Source of the DNA: Octopus sinensis
Lineage: Eukaryota
Direction of reading: 5' to 3'
DNA: 64,000 nt
Assembly (NCBI RefSeq): GCF_006345805.1
Contig: NC_043018.1
Span: 7,440,001-7,504,000, forward strand
In this document: positions 11,050 through 23,690 of the stretch, piece after piece
How the letters are laid out: each line of letters starts with the position of its first letter
How positions within the stretch are numbered: position 1 is the first letter of the stretch
Program-made: the position numbers and the translations under genes
The notes under the pieces: model-generated
The model's database searches: none
Told to the model about the DNA's origin: nothing
What the model saw: only the letters and a program-made list of their open reading frames with translations

Positions 11050-12340
11050 TCGATTATATTGAACGCCAGCACTTGAATTGTTATCGACCTCAAAGATACA
11101 AAGGGCGAAGCCAACTAGCAAGATTTGAACTCAATCGTAAACAAAAAAAATATCTCGACATTTTTTTTTTGACGCTCCAACGTTTCTACAAATAGCATCC
11201 CTTATTTAAATTGAGCTTGCTCTGTCGACCCTATCCCACCTTTTGAAGGACAAAAAGTAAAGCTATCGTAGGCGTTATTTGAACTCAGAGCGTAAGAAGA
11301 GCGCAATTAAATACTACTTGCCGCTCAGACCGTTCCTTGGTTCCACAATTTTTTTTATGTAGGAGGGTGGCAACCTGGCAGAATCGTTAGCACGCCGCGC
11401 GAAATTCTTAGCTGTATTTCGTCTACCGTTACATTTTGAGTTCAAATGCTGCCGAGGTCGATTTTGCCTTTCATCCTTTAGGGGTCGATTAAATAAGTAC
11501 CAGTTAATCACTGGCGTCGATGTAATCGACTTAAATCCCCTTGCCTGTCCTTGTTTGTCCCCCTATATGTTTAGCCCCCTGTGGGCAATAAAGAAATAAA
11601 ATTAAATGCTACTTGCCGTTCAGATCGTTCCTTGGTTCCGCATTTTCTTTCTTTTTTTTTAAGGAGGAAGGCGAGCTGGCAGAAACGTTAGCACGCCGGG
11701 TGAAATGCTTAGTAGTATTTCGTCTGTCGCTACGTTCTGAGTTCAAATTCCGCCGAGGTCGACTTTGCCTTTCATCCTTTCGGGGTCGATTAAATAAGTA
11801 CTAGTTACGCACTGGAGTCGATATTATCGACTTAATCCCTTTGTCTGTCCTTGTTTGTCCCCTCTGTGTTTAGCCCCTTGTGGATAGTAAAGAAATAGGT
11901 ATTTCGTCTGCCGTTACGTTCTGAATTCAAATGCTGCCGAGATCAACTTTGCCTTTCATCCTCTCGAGGTCGATTAAACAAGTACCAGTTACGCACTGGG
12001 GTCGATGTAATCGAGTTAATCCCTTTGTCCCCTCTTTGTTTAGCAATATTTAATTGCGCTCTTCTCACGCTCTGAGTTCAAATAACACACACGATAGCTT
12101 TACTTTTCATCCTTCAAAAGGTCGGATAGAATCAATTTAAATAATGCATACGATTAGTAAAAACGTTGGAGCGTCAAACAAAATGTCGAGATATTTATTT
12201 TTTCTTACGATTAAGTTCAAATCTTGCTAGTTGGCTTCGCCTTTTGTAGTTTTGAGGTCGATAAAGAAATAAATATATTTAATGTAGACACAGCGACTCA
12301 GTTTTGAAGGAAGGGTTCTGCTGATTTATATCAGCCTCGG
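11050..12340 (+). mobile_element. Cluster of SINE family A copies (11366-11600 monomer, 11666-12030 dimer, degenerate flanking copies)
   Basis: Repeated central domain; GAAATAGGTATTTC junction at 11892. Confidence 0.85.
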
Positions 12341-12394
12341 TATTTTCACTTAGGCATCGGTTATAATTATATATCTTCAACTAGGATGATGGTC

Positions 12395-12655
12395 CAGTAA
12401 TTAGAGCAGCAGGTTCGAATCTCAGACCGGGCGATGTGTGTGTTTATGAGCGAAACACCTAAGCTCCACGCGGCTCCGGCAGAAGGTAATGGCGAACTTC
12501 TGCTGACTCTTTCGGCGTAACTTTCTCTCACTCTTTCCTCTTGCAGCTCACCTGCAACGGACCGGCGTCCCGTCCAGGTGGGGAACGTATACGCCAAGGA
12601 AACCGGGAAACCGGCCCTAATGAGCCAGGCATGGCTCGAGAAGGAACAAACAAAC
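12395..12655 (+). mobile_element. SINE family C variant
   Basis: GGTTCGAATCTCAGACCGGGCG..GAGCGAAACACCTAAGCTCCACG..CGTCCCGTCCAGGTGGGGAAC. Confidence 0.75.
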
Positions 12656-12891
12656 TAGGATTATATATAGGAATATTAAAACTACCCCTGTATTAGGGTA
12701 GCGCTTTAGTATACCTTGGTCTCCTATTAGAATTCCATCCAAATCTAAGGTATATTTTAAGAATATTAAATTTACCTCCAGATTTTACTGGTACTTATTT
12801 TTTACATTAGTTTTTGTCTGTTATTATAACTCCATTCACCTTGAGGATGCTTTATAGGAATATTAACTCTATATTAATATTTCAGAGGTAC

Positions 12892-13425
12892 TAAGCTGGC
12901 AGAAACGTTAGCAACGCCGGGCAAAATGCTTAGCGGTATTTCGGCTGCCGTTACGTTCTGAGTTCAAATTCCGCCGATGTCGACTTTGCCTTTCATCCTT
13001 TCGGGGTCGATAAATCAAGTACCAGTTATGCACTGGGGTCGATGTAATCGACTTCATCCGTTTGTCTGTCCTTATTTGTCCTGTGTTTTGCCCCTTGTGG
13101 GTAGCAAAGAAATAGGTATTTCGTCCGTCTTTATGTTCTGAGTTCAAAATTCCACTGAGGTTGATTTCACGTTTCATATTTTCATGGCCGATAAAACAAG
13201 TACCAGTTGCGTACTGGGGTCTATGTAATCGACTTACCCCCTCTCTCTCGAAATTGCTGACCTTCTGCCAAAATTTTAAATCAATATTTCAAAGATTCTT
13301 GAGACGGTGCGCTGGCAGTACCTTTAACGCGTCGGAAAAAAAATGCTTCGTTCCGAGTTCAAATGCTGCCGGAGTCGACTTTGCCTTTCATCCCTTTCGA
13401 GGTCAATAAGATAAGTACCAGTTCA
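12892..13425 (+). mobile_element. SINE family A dimer plus a further degenerate copy
   Basis: Head at 12892, junction at 13109, third head ~13308. Confidence 0.85.
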
Positions 13426-13664
13426 GCAATATTTCACTCTTACCGTATATTTGTCTATATTTGTCTCAGACTTTGTCTTCAACTATAATTCCATTCGTAT
13501 CCAAGATGATTCATATAAGCATATTAAATCTACCTCAGTATTACACTGGTACTGTATATTATCTAAGCCTTAGTTTTCTATTATACAATTGGTTTCGTAT
13601 CAGGGATACATTACAGAAATATCAAATTTATCCAAGAATTTTACTAGTGCCTTATTTGGTACTA

Positions 13665-13829
13665 CTTAAATACAGAGGTCCCGACACATCTAAGTAACCT
13701 TAACCCTAAAAACTAACCCTAACACTAAAACTAACCCTAACCCCCTAACGAGTGTGCCCTGTAAAAACACATCGTTACGTAGATGCATCGGGACCTCTGT
13801 ATTTAAGCGGGACCTCTGAATTTAAGTAC
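13665..13829. mobile_element. MITE-like foldback with a telomere-like (TAACCC)n core
   Basis: CTTAAATACAGAGGTCCCGA..GTAAC at 13665-13698 inverted at 13774-13807; ~22-bp duplication of the right end. Confidence 0.65.
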
Positions 13830-14429
13830 TGCCCTTTATTTTGCATTAATCTTCTATTATAATTCCATTGATATCTTGGTTGCTTTATAGAAATATTATA
13901 TCTACCTCAATATTTGAGGGGTTCCTTATATTATTTAGCGCTAGTCTCCTACCATAATTCCATTCACACCTATGTACTATAGAAATATTTAATCTACCCC
14001 AGTATTTCACTGGTACTATATTTATATATATAGTCTATATTTTATCATAGTTTTCTATTATAATTCTATTCACATCTACCAAGCTTTCCAAGACTGTCAA
14101 ACCGAACTCAACACTTAATTGTCATCGTATGTTTTATCACACTTTTCAACCTAAACGACGGAAAGTAAAATCGATGTAGGCGGGCATTATTTGACCTGAG
14201 AGCGTAAAAGAGATGCAACTAAATGCGGTTTGTCATTTAGGCCATTCTACGGCCCGATAAATAAATAAGAGTTTCAAGCTGAAAAACACTTTATGGCCTC
14301 TCTTTCACCTACAACACTTTATTGAAGTAGCGTTATAAAGCTGTTAGAAAGCTGTTTCATAAATCTAGCAAAAATTAAATGGCGACTTCCTGAAATAATG
14401 GCCTCCATTGTTTGTGGCAGAGAGTTTTA

Positions 14430-15121
14430 TTGTTGCTGATACTGTTACGGCTGCTGTTGTTGTTGTTGTTGTTGTTGCTATTGTTATTATCGTTGTTGCT
14501 ATTGATGTTGTTGTCGCTATCTTTGTTGTTGTTTTTGTTATCGTAATTGTTGCTCTTCTGGTATGTCTTGTTATATTTATCTTCTTTTTCTTTTGGTTTG
14601 TGTTTTTCTGCCACGCTCTTTCTCTCCCTCTCTCCCCTCTCTCTCTCTCATTCTCTCTCTCTCTTTTTTCTCCTATCTCCTCCTTCTCTACTTCTTCATC
14701 TTTGCTCAACTCGTTTCTTACCATTCATCTTCCTTCAGTCTCTTCCTCCATCGCTTTCTTTCTCGGATCTCCTTTTCTTTACGCATTCCCAACTTCCGTC
14801 TCTCTCTCCCCCCACACACTCCCTCTCAACTCTTTCGTTCTCTGTATATACATAATACATATATTCATATATAAATATATATTTGTACGTATATTCACAT
14901 ACATACAAGCATATGTTCATATATACATATATGTATACGTATGTTTGTATGTGTGTATATATATGTATGTATGTATATTCATATATATATACATATGTGT
15001 GTATATATGTATGTACATTCACATACATATAAGCTTATATGCATATATATATATATCAATGTGTGTATATATACTTATGCACACACACACACATATATAT
15101 AATTCATAAATTCATACATAT

Positions 15122-15155
<34 letters not shown>

Positions 15156-15363
15156 GTGTGTGTGTGTGTGTGTGTGTGTACATGCACATACATTATATAT
15201 ATATATATACATGCAATATATATATGTATGTATCATATACATACATGCACATATAATATCCATCACCTCCTTTGACGAGCGAAATATTCCTATTTCTTGC
15301 TCCTCTTCTCTCTCACTCTCTCTTTATCTCTTTATCTCTCTCTGTGTTACCTTCTTCCTCTAT

Positions 15364-15400
<37 letters not shown>

Positions 15401-15410
15401 ACACCAACTC
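14430..15410. repeat. Compound microsatellites (GTT)n, (CT)n, (TA)n, (TG)n
   Basis: Directly visible. Confidence 0.9.
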
Positions 15411-15743
15411 CATTTCCCAATCCCTACTCACTTAACCTCTACCATTTACTTGTTCAAATTCCTGTTGATTAAATCCTACAATAAATCAACCATCCTGGAA
15501 TTCTCTTTGTTTCCGATTCCAACATCCATTTCCCTCACACATTTCTGTCACTAACTTGTAGTTCCAACACGTTCTTAGCCCTTATCTTTCTCCATCCACC
15601 GAGGGAGATTCTGCCAGGTCAACCGACCTAATCTCACATAACACTACTGTCTTTAAGAAAGGCAAGACCACTTGAATAATGCATTCTTTGGTACAATAGG
15701 TCTGAAAAAATTCAGACGAGATGCCCATGCTTAAAGTGACTTC

Positions 15744-16161
15744 GGATCTTTTCGGTTTGAACGGCAGTTTTTTAAAATAATTTCCACGTAACTAAACACT
15801 TTTAAACTTCGTATACTGGTAGAATGTGTTTATAAAACATATTTTTCTCTTGGCTTTATTGAGAAAATTCTATAGTCTGTAAGATATTTGTTGTATTTTT
15901 TCTTCAATTTCTGCAATTTCAACCAATCAATGACGTCTATTGAGGTGAAAACATTCTCTGCCGTATGAAAACGTCCCTCGTTTAAGAAAAGGATTGAGTT
16001 TATTTACATTTGTGAAGAAAAAAAGGTACCCTTCCCCCCACCCCTAACCCTAATCCTAAAACAAGATTGAAATGCAATGGATCGATACTAGGGTCATAAT
16101 TATGGGTGATAATTTCATATGACATCGCTAGAAAAAACTGCCGTTCAAACCGAAAAGATCC
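15744..16161. mobile_element. MITE, Merlin-like (GG-start TIR, 8-bp TSD)
   Basis: TIR GGATCTTTTCGGTTTGAACGGCAGTTTTTT at both ends; flanks GTGACTTC / ATGACTTC. Confidence 0.75.
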
Positions 16162-16564
16162 ATGACTTCAGATGAAGATTTGTGCTCCATCCGGGTTTAA
16201 CTATGATTAAATGACAACAACAACAAATCAGTGCGTCGAACAAGTGGTGTATTCTATTGATATTATAGGCAGCGATCGAATACATAGAGTCTTATAAGTG
16301 AAATTTCGTAGATGGAATGCTATATGGTATCTAAGTGGGGGAAGTGTTCCTCTTATTGAGTGTCATCCAATTGAACATCGAGCACTGTCACGCAGTCCTT
16401 GATTGCCAAAAGCGACCGAATGTATCATATGTACGGGTGTATAAGCCGTACCCCTAATTTAGTGTTAAATCTTAGTAGAAATTTTTTCTCTTTCATATTT
16501 TAAGTTTTGTCCTATCTATACGTAGTACCCCACGTTTATCTTTTCCAGTTAAAATCGAGTATAA

Positions 16565-16742
16565 GACAAAGGGATTAAGACAATTAGATCGACCTCATTG
16601 CATAACTGGTTCTTAATTTATCGACCCTGAAGAATAAAAGGCAAAGAGGACCGCGACGGAATTTGAACTCAGAACGTACGACAGACGGAATTCTGCTAAG
16701 CATTTCGCCCGGCGTGCTAACGATTCAGCCGGCTCGCCGCCT
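16565..16742 (-). mobile_element. SINE family A
   Basis: Reverse complement of family consensus. Confidence 0.8.
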
Positions 16743-16758
16743 TTATTTTACAAATCTA

Positions 16759-18050
16759 CGAGGGACGTTCAATAAGTAATGCCTCTGACCCACTTGCAGT
16801 TGTTTGATCCAGCTGAAATTTTGCATGTGCACTTATTTATATCTCTATAGATTAAGTGGCAAATTACAGCTCTGAACTAATTGTGGTTTCTGATTTACAG
16901 GTGTTTGAATTGAGTCAAGTGTGAAATGGAGCCTGTTGAGTGTCGAGCAGTGATCCGGTTTTTGTATTTGAAAGGACGCACACCACAGGAGACTTTTGAT
17001 GAAATGAAAGTAAATTATGGTGATGATGCCCCATCATATGACCTTGTAAAACGCTGGCATCGTGAATTCAAACATGGTCGGAACTCTGTGGAAACAGCTC
17101 CCAGATCTGGTCACCCCCTTCTGCCATTGATGAGGCATCTGTCCGTCAAGTTGAGGCTGCCATTTGGGAAGATCGATGCATAACTATTCGCGAAATAGCC
17201 CATGAGGTCAAGATTAGTACCGGGTCTGTGGAAACTATCATTCATGACCATTTGCATATGCAAAAGGTGTCTGCCAGATGGATTCCCAGGTTGCTCACAC
17301 CTTTCCAGAAGCAAGAACGCGTCGAGTGCTCGAGGATGAATTTGGAGATGTGCCAAGAAGATGAGTCAAAATTTTTCAAAAGACTGATTACACAGGATGA
17401 AACCTGGGTCCATCACTATGATTCAGAGACCAAAGCCCAGTCAATGCAGTGGAAGCACCGTGACTCACCCCCTCCAAAGAAGGCAAGGGTGCAGCCCTCC
17501 GCTGGCAAGATTATGCTCACGGTCTTCTGGGACCAGGACGGAGTAGTGATGACAGATTTCCTGGCAAAGGGTACCACAATTACAGGAGCCTATTATGCTT
17601 CACTTTTGAGGAAATTAAGAGAAGCTATCAAAATCAAGAGGTGGGGCAAGATCAGCAAAGGCATCCTCCTCCTGCAGGACAACGCTCCGGTTCACAACTC
17701 GCGTGTCGCCAGATCAGAAGCACAGGCGTGCTGCTATGAACTCCTCCCCCATCCCCCCTACGCTCCTGACCTTGCACCCTCTGATTTTCACCTCTTCCCA
17801 GCCATGAAGTTGTTTTTGAAAGGAAAGCATTTCACAGATGATGCAGCCTTGATTTCTAAAGTCACGTTGAGGTTGGAGGACTAAACTGGGTTCTTCTACA
17901 AAAACGGTCTCCAGAGCCGCATCAAACGATGGGAGAAATGCGTAACTCTGGGTGGTTCCTATGTAGAAAAAGACTAATAACTGTGCCAAGTTTCGTTGCT
18001 CTACTGCTATGGGAAGTGGGTCAGGGGCATTACTTATTGAACGCCCCTCG
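16759..18050 (+). mobile_element. Full-length mariner transposon (DD34D; TIR resembles irritans/Bytmar1 type)
   Basis: TIR CGAGGG(A/G)CGTTCAATAAGTAATGCC at both ends, TA flanks at 16757-58 and 18051-52, 1292 bp. Confidence 0.95.
16926..17977 (+). pseudogene. Mariner transposase with one frameshift (~17117, C-run) and one nonsense codon (17882-17884)
   Basis: HTH N-terminus; TQDETWVHHYD, LLQDNAPVH, HPPYAPDLAPSDFHLF; reads on after the stop to RWEKCVTLGGSYVEKD*. Confidence 0.93.
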
Positions 18051-18119
18051 TATATTAACAGACCTGCGGCTCTTCAAATTCCATTTCTCGTTGTTCAAAT
18101 TTTTCAGTTGTTCCATTCT

Positions 18120-18672
18120 ATGTTTCTGCATCTCGATTTCTGTCTGTCTGTGTGTCTTTCTTCGCCTCGATCATTCACCGGTTGTTTCTCAGCCTGTGTG
18201 TCTGTCTGTGTCTGTCTGCCTCTCTCTCTTTCTCTCTCTCTCTCCCGCTCTCCCTCTCGTGCCTTAAAAATACGTATAATTATATTTGTACTATCTTCCT
18301 ACCTTGTTATGGGATTAATACACACACTCAGATTCACATACACACAATCACATACGAACGCACGCTCATTCATACACACACACATACGCACATGCGCACG
18401 CACACATACTCTCTCACACACTCTTGCACATTCACACACACATGGACACACACATGCAATCACGCACGCGCACACGTAATTACGCACACATGGACAAGCA
18501 CGCACATATGCACAAGCACGCACACATGCAATCACGCACCTAAGCATGCACGCACGAGCGCGCACGCACACACAATCATGCACACTCACACACTCTCTCG
18601 TACACACACATACGCACATACGCGAAAATGCACGCACGCACACACGCACGCACACACACACACACACACACA
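18120..18672. repeat. (CT)n and degenerate (CA)n/(CG)n tract
   Basis: Directly visible. Confidence 0.9.
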
Positions 18673-18775
18673 TGTAACTAACTCTCAAATTTGTCTTAAT
18701 AATATCCTTCATGGATCTGTTTTTTCATATCTATTTAACTAAAACAGAGATGGAGCGACAGATACATAACCAGGC

Positions 18776-19420
<645 letters not shown>

Positions 19421-20211
19421 TGGTTAAGTGTTGAACGAAGGGAGTTGAGAAGAAAACAGGAACTTAACGAGAAACGCAGGAAAACCACGAAGCGGGAGAG
19501 AGACGCGGACGAAGGAGGAAAGAGAAGCGATGTTAAGGTGAGTGTAAAGGTTAGGACAGAATCTTGGAATCCAGAAATGTAAACAAGGTAATCTATACTA
19601 ACCATCATAAGAACCAGGTCGTGGTCCGTGCGTTTTGTTTAGACATTTCATGGACTATATTTCAGCGTTGAGCGGAAATGGCGCCATTGACAAATCTTAC
19701 ACGCTTATAATTAATGTGTGTGTGCGTGTGTCCATGTATAAATCCACGCGAATGCATATACACAGTAAGCTCTTACTCATTTTTCGTTTTCACTGTGCTT
19801 TCTTTATCCTTTCGACTTCTCTCTCCCTCTCTCTCTTTCTCCCCTCTCTCAGTGTATATATATGTGTGTGTGTGTGTATGTATTACATATACGTACACAC
19901 GTATATATACATACCCAACACCCTCTATCACTATTAAGGACAATTGAATATATATATATTTATATATGAGAGAGAGAGAGAGAGAGAGTAAGGTATATAT
20001 TTATGTGTATACACCTGTCTCAATTCCTCTTCTACGCGTTGTCCATACTGTATCTTTCAGTATAGACACTACACAGAAAAAACACGCCTCCCTTTAAAGG
20101 AGGAAGGCAGTACGACCATGATGAAGAACTCAGCCGATAGCTGTACTCCTTCTCTATCCGACATCAGCAGTTCGACATAGGCTATCAGCCACCTCAATTC
20201 CACACATTGCA

Positions 20212-20212
<1 letters not shown>

Positions 20213-20272
<60 letters not shown>

Positions 20273-20574
20273 CCTCCATCTATCTATCTGTTTTAAAAAA
20301 AGATGGGTGAATGTAGCAAGAATGGCACGTATGAATGACGAAGCCAACCTTGAGCATAGTCCTATGAACCCAGAAATCGAAAACAGAGAGTTGCTTATTT
20401 GCAAAAAAAAAAAAAAAAAAAAAGAAATATAAAATGTGACTTCATTGACCGAGGTTACCGTGGTCTTTTCCGCAGGCTTTTCTTTCCACGGGTAAACCTC
20501 ACCTGTCCTCCCCTTTACACTTCATATTGACATTTCTGTGATAACGATCCCTATTGATCATTGTTTTTTCCTCT

Positions 20575-20608
<34 letters not shown>

Positions 20609-20782
20609 CCCCCCTTATTTTTGTCCTGTTTCTCTCCTTTTACGATCCCTTTTGATCGAACCTCCCCCTTCCTTTTTTTTTTTTTTTTTTAATACCTTCA
20701 AAAGAAAAGCTCTACCTTGTAATTTGTTCTATCTGTGTGCAGCCCTGTGTGGCTAATAAAGAAACATATCTATCTATCTATC

Positions 20783-20836
<54 letters not shown>

Positions 20837-20869
20837 GCTATCTATCTATCTATCTACCTATTTATCTAC

Positions 20870-20945
<76 letters not shown>
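20213..20945. repeat. (TATC)n arrays and poly-A/poly-T runs
   Basis: Directly visible. Confidence 0.85.
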
Positions 20946-20967
<22 letters not shown>

Positions 20968-22004
20968 TCTGTCTGTTTTACACACTCATACACAAATTTT
21001 GCATTCAGGAAACAAATTCTACGTTAACCAGTTACAGTATAAACTCGCTCGTTTCATTACAATTGTCAGTCTTGGTCACTATTGTATTTAAGCTCTGACC
21101 ACCGTCTGGCATATGTTGGGAGTTTGTTCCAAGTACGTATGTTATTTCGTTAAATCATAATACACACGTTTCATGTATATGACATTATCTTCAGGCATAG
21201 CCTAAAAGGTAATATGATCCCTTGCAGTTACTCAACATCCAGCAGTTGTCTACGCGGTTTAGATGCAAAGTTAACGAGACGGACAAAGTGAAAATTGAAA
21301 CCCAGTTAATTCAGTCACGACTAATAAATTTTACCAACAATATACATCGAACATTTTTTTTCTGTAAAGTGATTAACAAAAAATACGACCAGGCTGAGTA
21401 AAAAGTAAACAACGTTTTGAAACATAAAGAATTTGTACCGGATTTTTGCAGAGTTTTGAATTTTTTAAACATTTTTTGCTTTTGAAATTGTCTGAAAATA
21501 CAAACATAGACTTGTCCAAATGCATCAATAAATTAACATTAATATTTTTTCACCGTTCTTACAGTCATCTCCCAGCTTGCTAGTGTGGTTTTGTTTGAAG
21601 GCCAGTATTGTGATTTGCTGAAATTGTTCGAATTTATTGTATAATTTGTTGCTGTTTGTTACAAACATATAGCTTGTTCAGCAAGCATGTGTTTTGTGCT
21701 GTATATTTTCCCCCCATTTGGGGTGGGAAAAAAGTGTCTGAAATAGACGTGGAGCGCGAGGGAGATCGAGCTGGAAGCTACGCGTCTGTAGCTGGAAATG
21801 AGAACATGGCGAAGGCAGTGAGACAGTTGGATATGCGAGAGGTTATCATTGACCAGGAAGCATTGTGTGACTACATGCAATGTATAGAAAAGGAGGGGTT
21901 AAGCGTAAAGTTGACCCCTTCAGACGAAAAAACCGGAAAAGTGAGGAGAAGAACGGTGGTGTACACTTTAAAGGGAGGCGTGTTTTTTCTGTGTAGTATT
22001 TATA

Positions 22005-22234
22005 TATTTCTTTACTACCCACAAAGGGCTAAACACAGAGGGGACAAACAAGGACAGACAAGGGATTAAGTCGATTATATCGACCCCTGTGCGTAACTGG
22101 TACTTAATTTATCGACCCCGAAAGGATGAAAGGCAAAGTCGACCTTGGCGGAACTTGAACCCAGAACGTAACGGCAGACGAAATACGGCTACGCATTTCG
22201 CCCGGCGTGCTAACGTTTCTGCCAGCTCGCCGCC
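22005..22234 (-). mobile_element. SINE family A with 19-bp TSD
   Basis: TTTCTGTGTAGTATTTATA at 21986-22004 and 22235-22253. Confidence 0.9.
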
Positions 22235-22565
22235 TTTCTGTGTAGTATTTATACTGAAAGATACAGCATGGACGACGCGTGGAAGAGGAACTGAAACATG
22301 CAATTTTATCTCTGGACGCGGGTTGGTTACCTATTTCAACTACTACCTGCTAAACAAAATCAGTCTAGAGAGAACGTGTCTGTCTCTAAGAGTATTTACG
22401 AAAAGATGGATGCCTGTAGTAAAGATGCTTCGAGCAAATGGGACCGAGTTTGTGTAGCCGGTCAAGAGCGAATAGAAGGAAATAAAAGGGATAAAGAAAA
22501 ATTATTGATAAAAAAACAAAACGAACCGGCTGGTTAATTAGAACCCTAAATGTACAATAATAAAA

Positions 22566-23099
22566 AACGTGTTTCGCAGTAGTTGGACCAAAATGAAGCA
22601 CCGAAAAACCTTCTCTAAACCCGAGCTCTTCAAACAAAAGGTTATGGCGGCTATTTGGTGGTGTACTGCTGGACTCATCCACTAGAAATTATTAAAACCT
22701 GGAAAAACCTTTGATGCAGAAACATATTGCCACGAAATTGCCAAAAATAGACGAAAAACTGTTAGTCCTCCGTCCCAGACTGGTCAACAGAAGAGGGCCA
22801 ATAATTCTTCATGACAATACTCCACCACATGTTTCATTAATAACGCTCCAAAAGTTGAGGGAACTTTGCTACGAAGTTCTTTCCCACCCAGTTTATACCC
22901 CAGACCTTTCTCCTACCGACTACTACTTTTTCAAGTACCTTGACGGTTCCCTGCAAGAGAAGGAGTTAAAAAATTAAAAGTGCGCCCAAAGAGTTCATCA
23001 GCTCCAGAACTCGAGATTTTCTATGTTAGCGGAATAAGCAAACATGTAACTCGTTGGCAAAAATGTGTTGATTGTAATGGTATATACTTCGATGAATAA
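22566..23099 (+). pseudogene. Mariner transposase C-terminal half
   Basis: KVMAAIWW, IILHDNTPPH, HPVYTPDLSPTDYYFF, RWQKCVDCNGIYFDE*; frameshifts and stops. Confidence 0.9.
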
Positions 23100-23184
23100 A
23101 ATTTCCGCATTTTTGAAATATATTGTGATGAATTTCATGTTTGAAAACGTTGCTTAATTTTTACTCAGCCTGATATATAATGGT

Positions 23185-23355
23185 TTAAAATTTTGGCTCA
23201 AGGGCAGCAATTTGCGGGAACTGAGTAAGTCGATTACGTCGACCCCTGTACTCAACTGGTACATATTTTATTGACCACGAAAGGGATGAAAGGCAAGATC
23301 GACCTTCGTGGAATTTGAACTCAGAACATAAAGATGGACGAAATGGCATTAAGCA
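23185..23355 (-). mobile_element. SINE family A
   Basis: Reverse complement of central domain and B box. Confidence 0.75.
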
Positions 23356-23359
23356 TATA

Positions 23360-23420
23360 TATTATATATATGTATATATATATAAATATATGTATATATA
23401 TGTATATATATGTACATATA

Positions 23421-23492
<72 letters not shown>

Positions 23493-23572
23493 TATAATAT
23501 ATATATATATATATGTATAATATATATATGTATATATATATATAATATATATATGTATATATATATATATAT
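23360..23572. repeat. (TA)n microsatellite
   Basis: Directly visible. Confidence 0.95.
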
Positions 23573-23690
23573 CACGTGATCACGTGACCGACCAGACCAT
23601 CAGATGTAGTTACACATCGCTGGTCACAATGCGTTCGCATTGTTTTATCCTTCGAATGACGCCACCCCGCTGGATAAGCGAGCATGCCAT
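23572..23690 (-). mobile_element. SINE family C 3' tail
   Basis: Reverse complement of 26930-27030 and 4540-4620. Confidence 0.65.

Larger units (their letters stand above)
12660..14085 (+). repeat. Degenerate ~100-110-bp tandem minisatellite interrupted by SINEs and a MITE
   Basis: Recurrent CTATTATAATTCCATTC...TATAGAAATATTAAATCTACC.CAGTATT.CACTGGTACT. Confidence 0.65.
21389..23173 (+). mobile_element. Mariner element (Hsmar1/SETMAR-like) lacking the transposase N-terminus, with unrelated internal sequence
   Basis: Imperfect TIR CAGGCTGAGTAAAAA.TAA.CAACGTTTT.AAACAT at 21390 and 23172. Confidence 0.75.

Noticed and set aside
13700-13750. Interstitial telomere
   Set aside because: Only a few imperfect TAACCC units inside a MITE.
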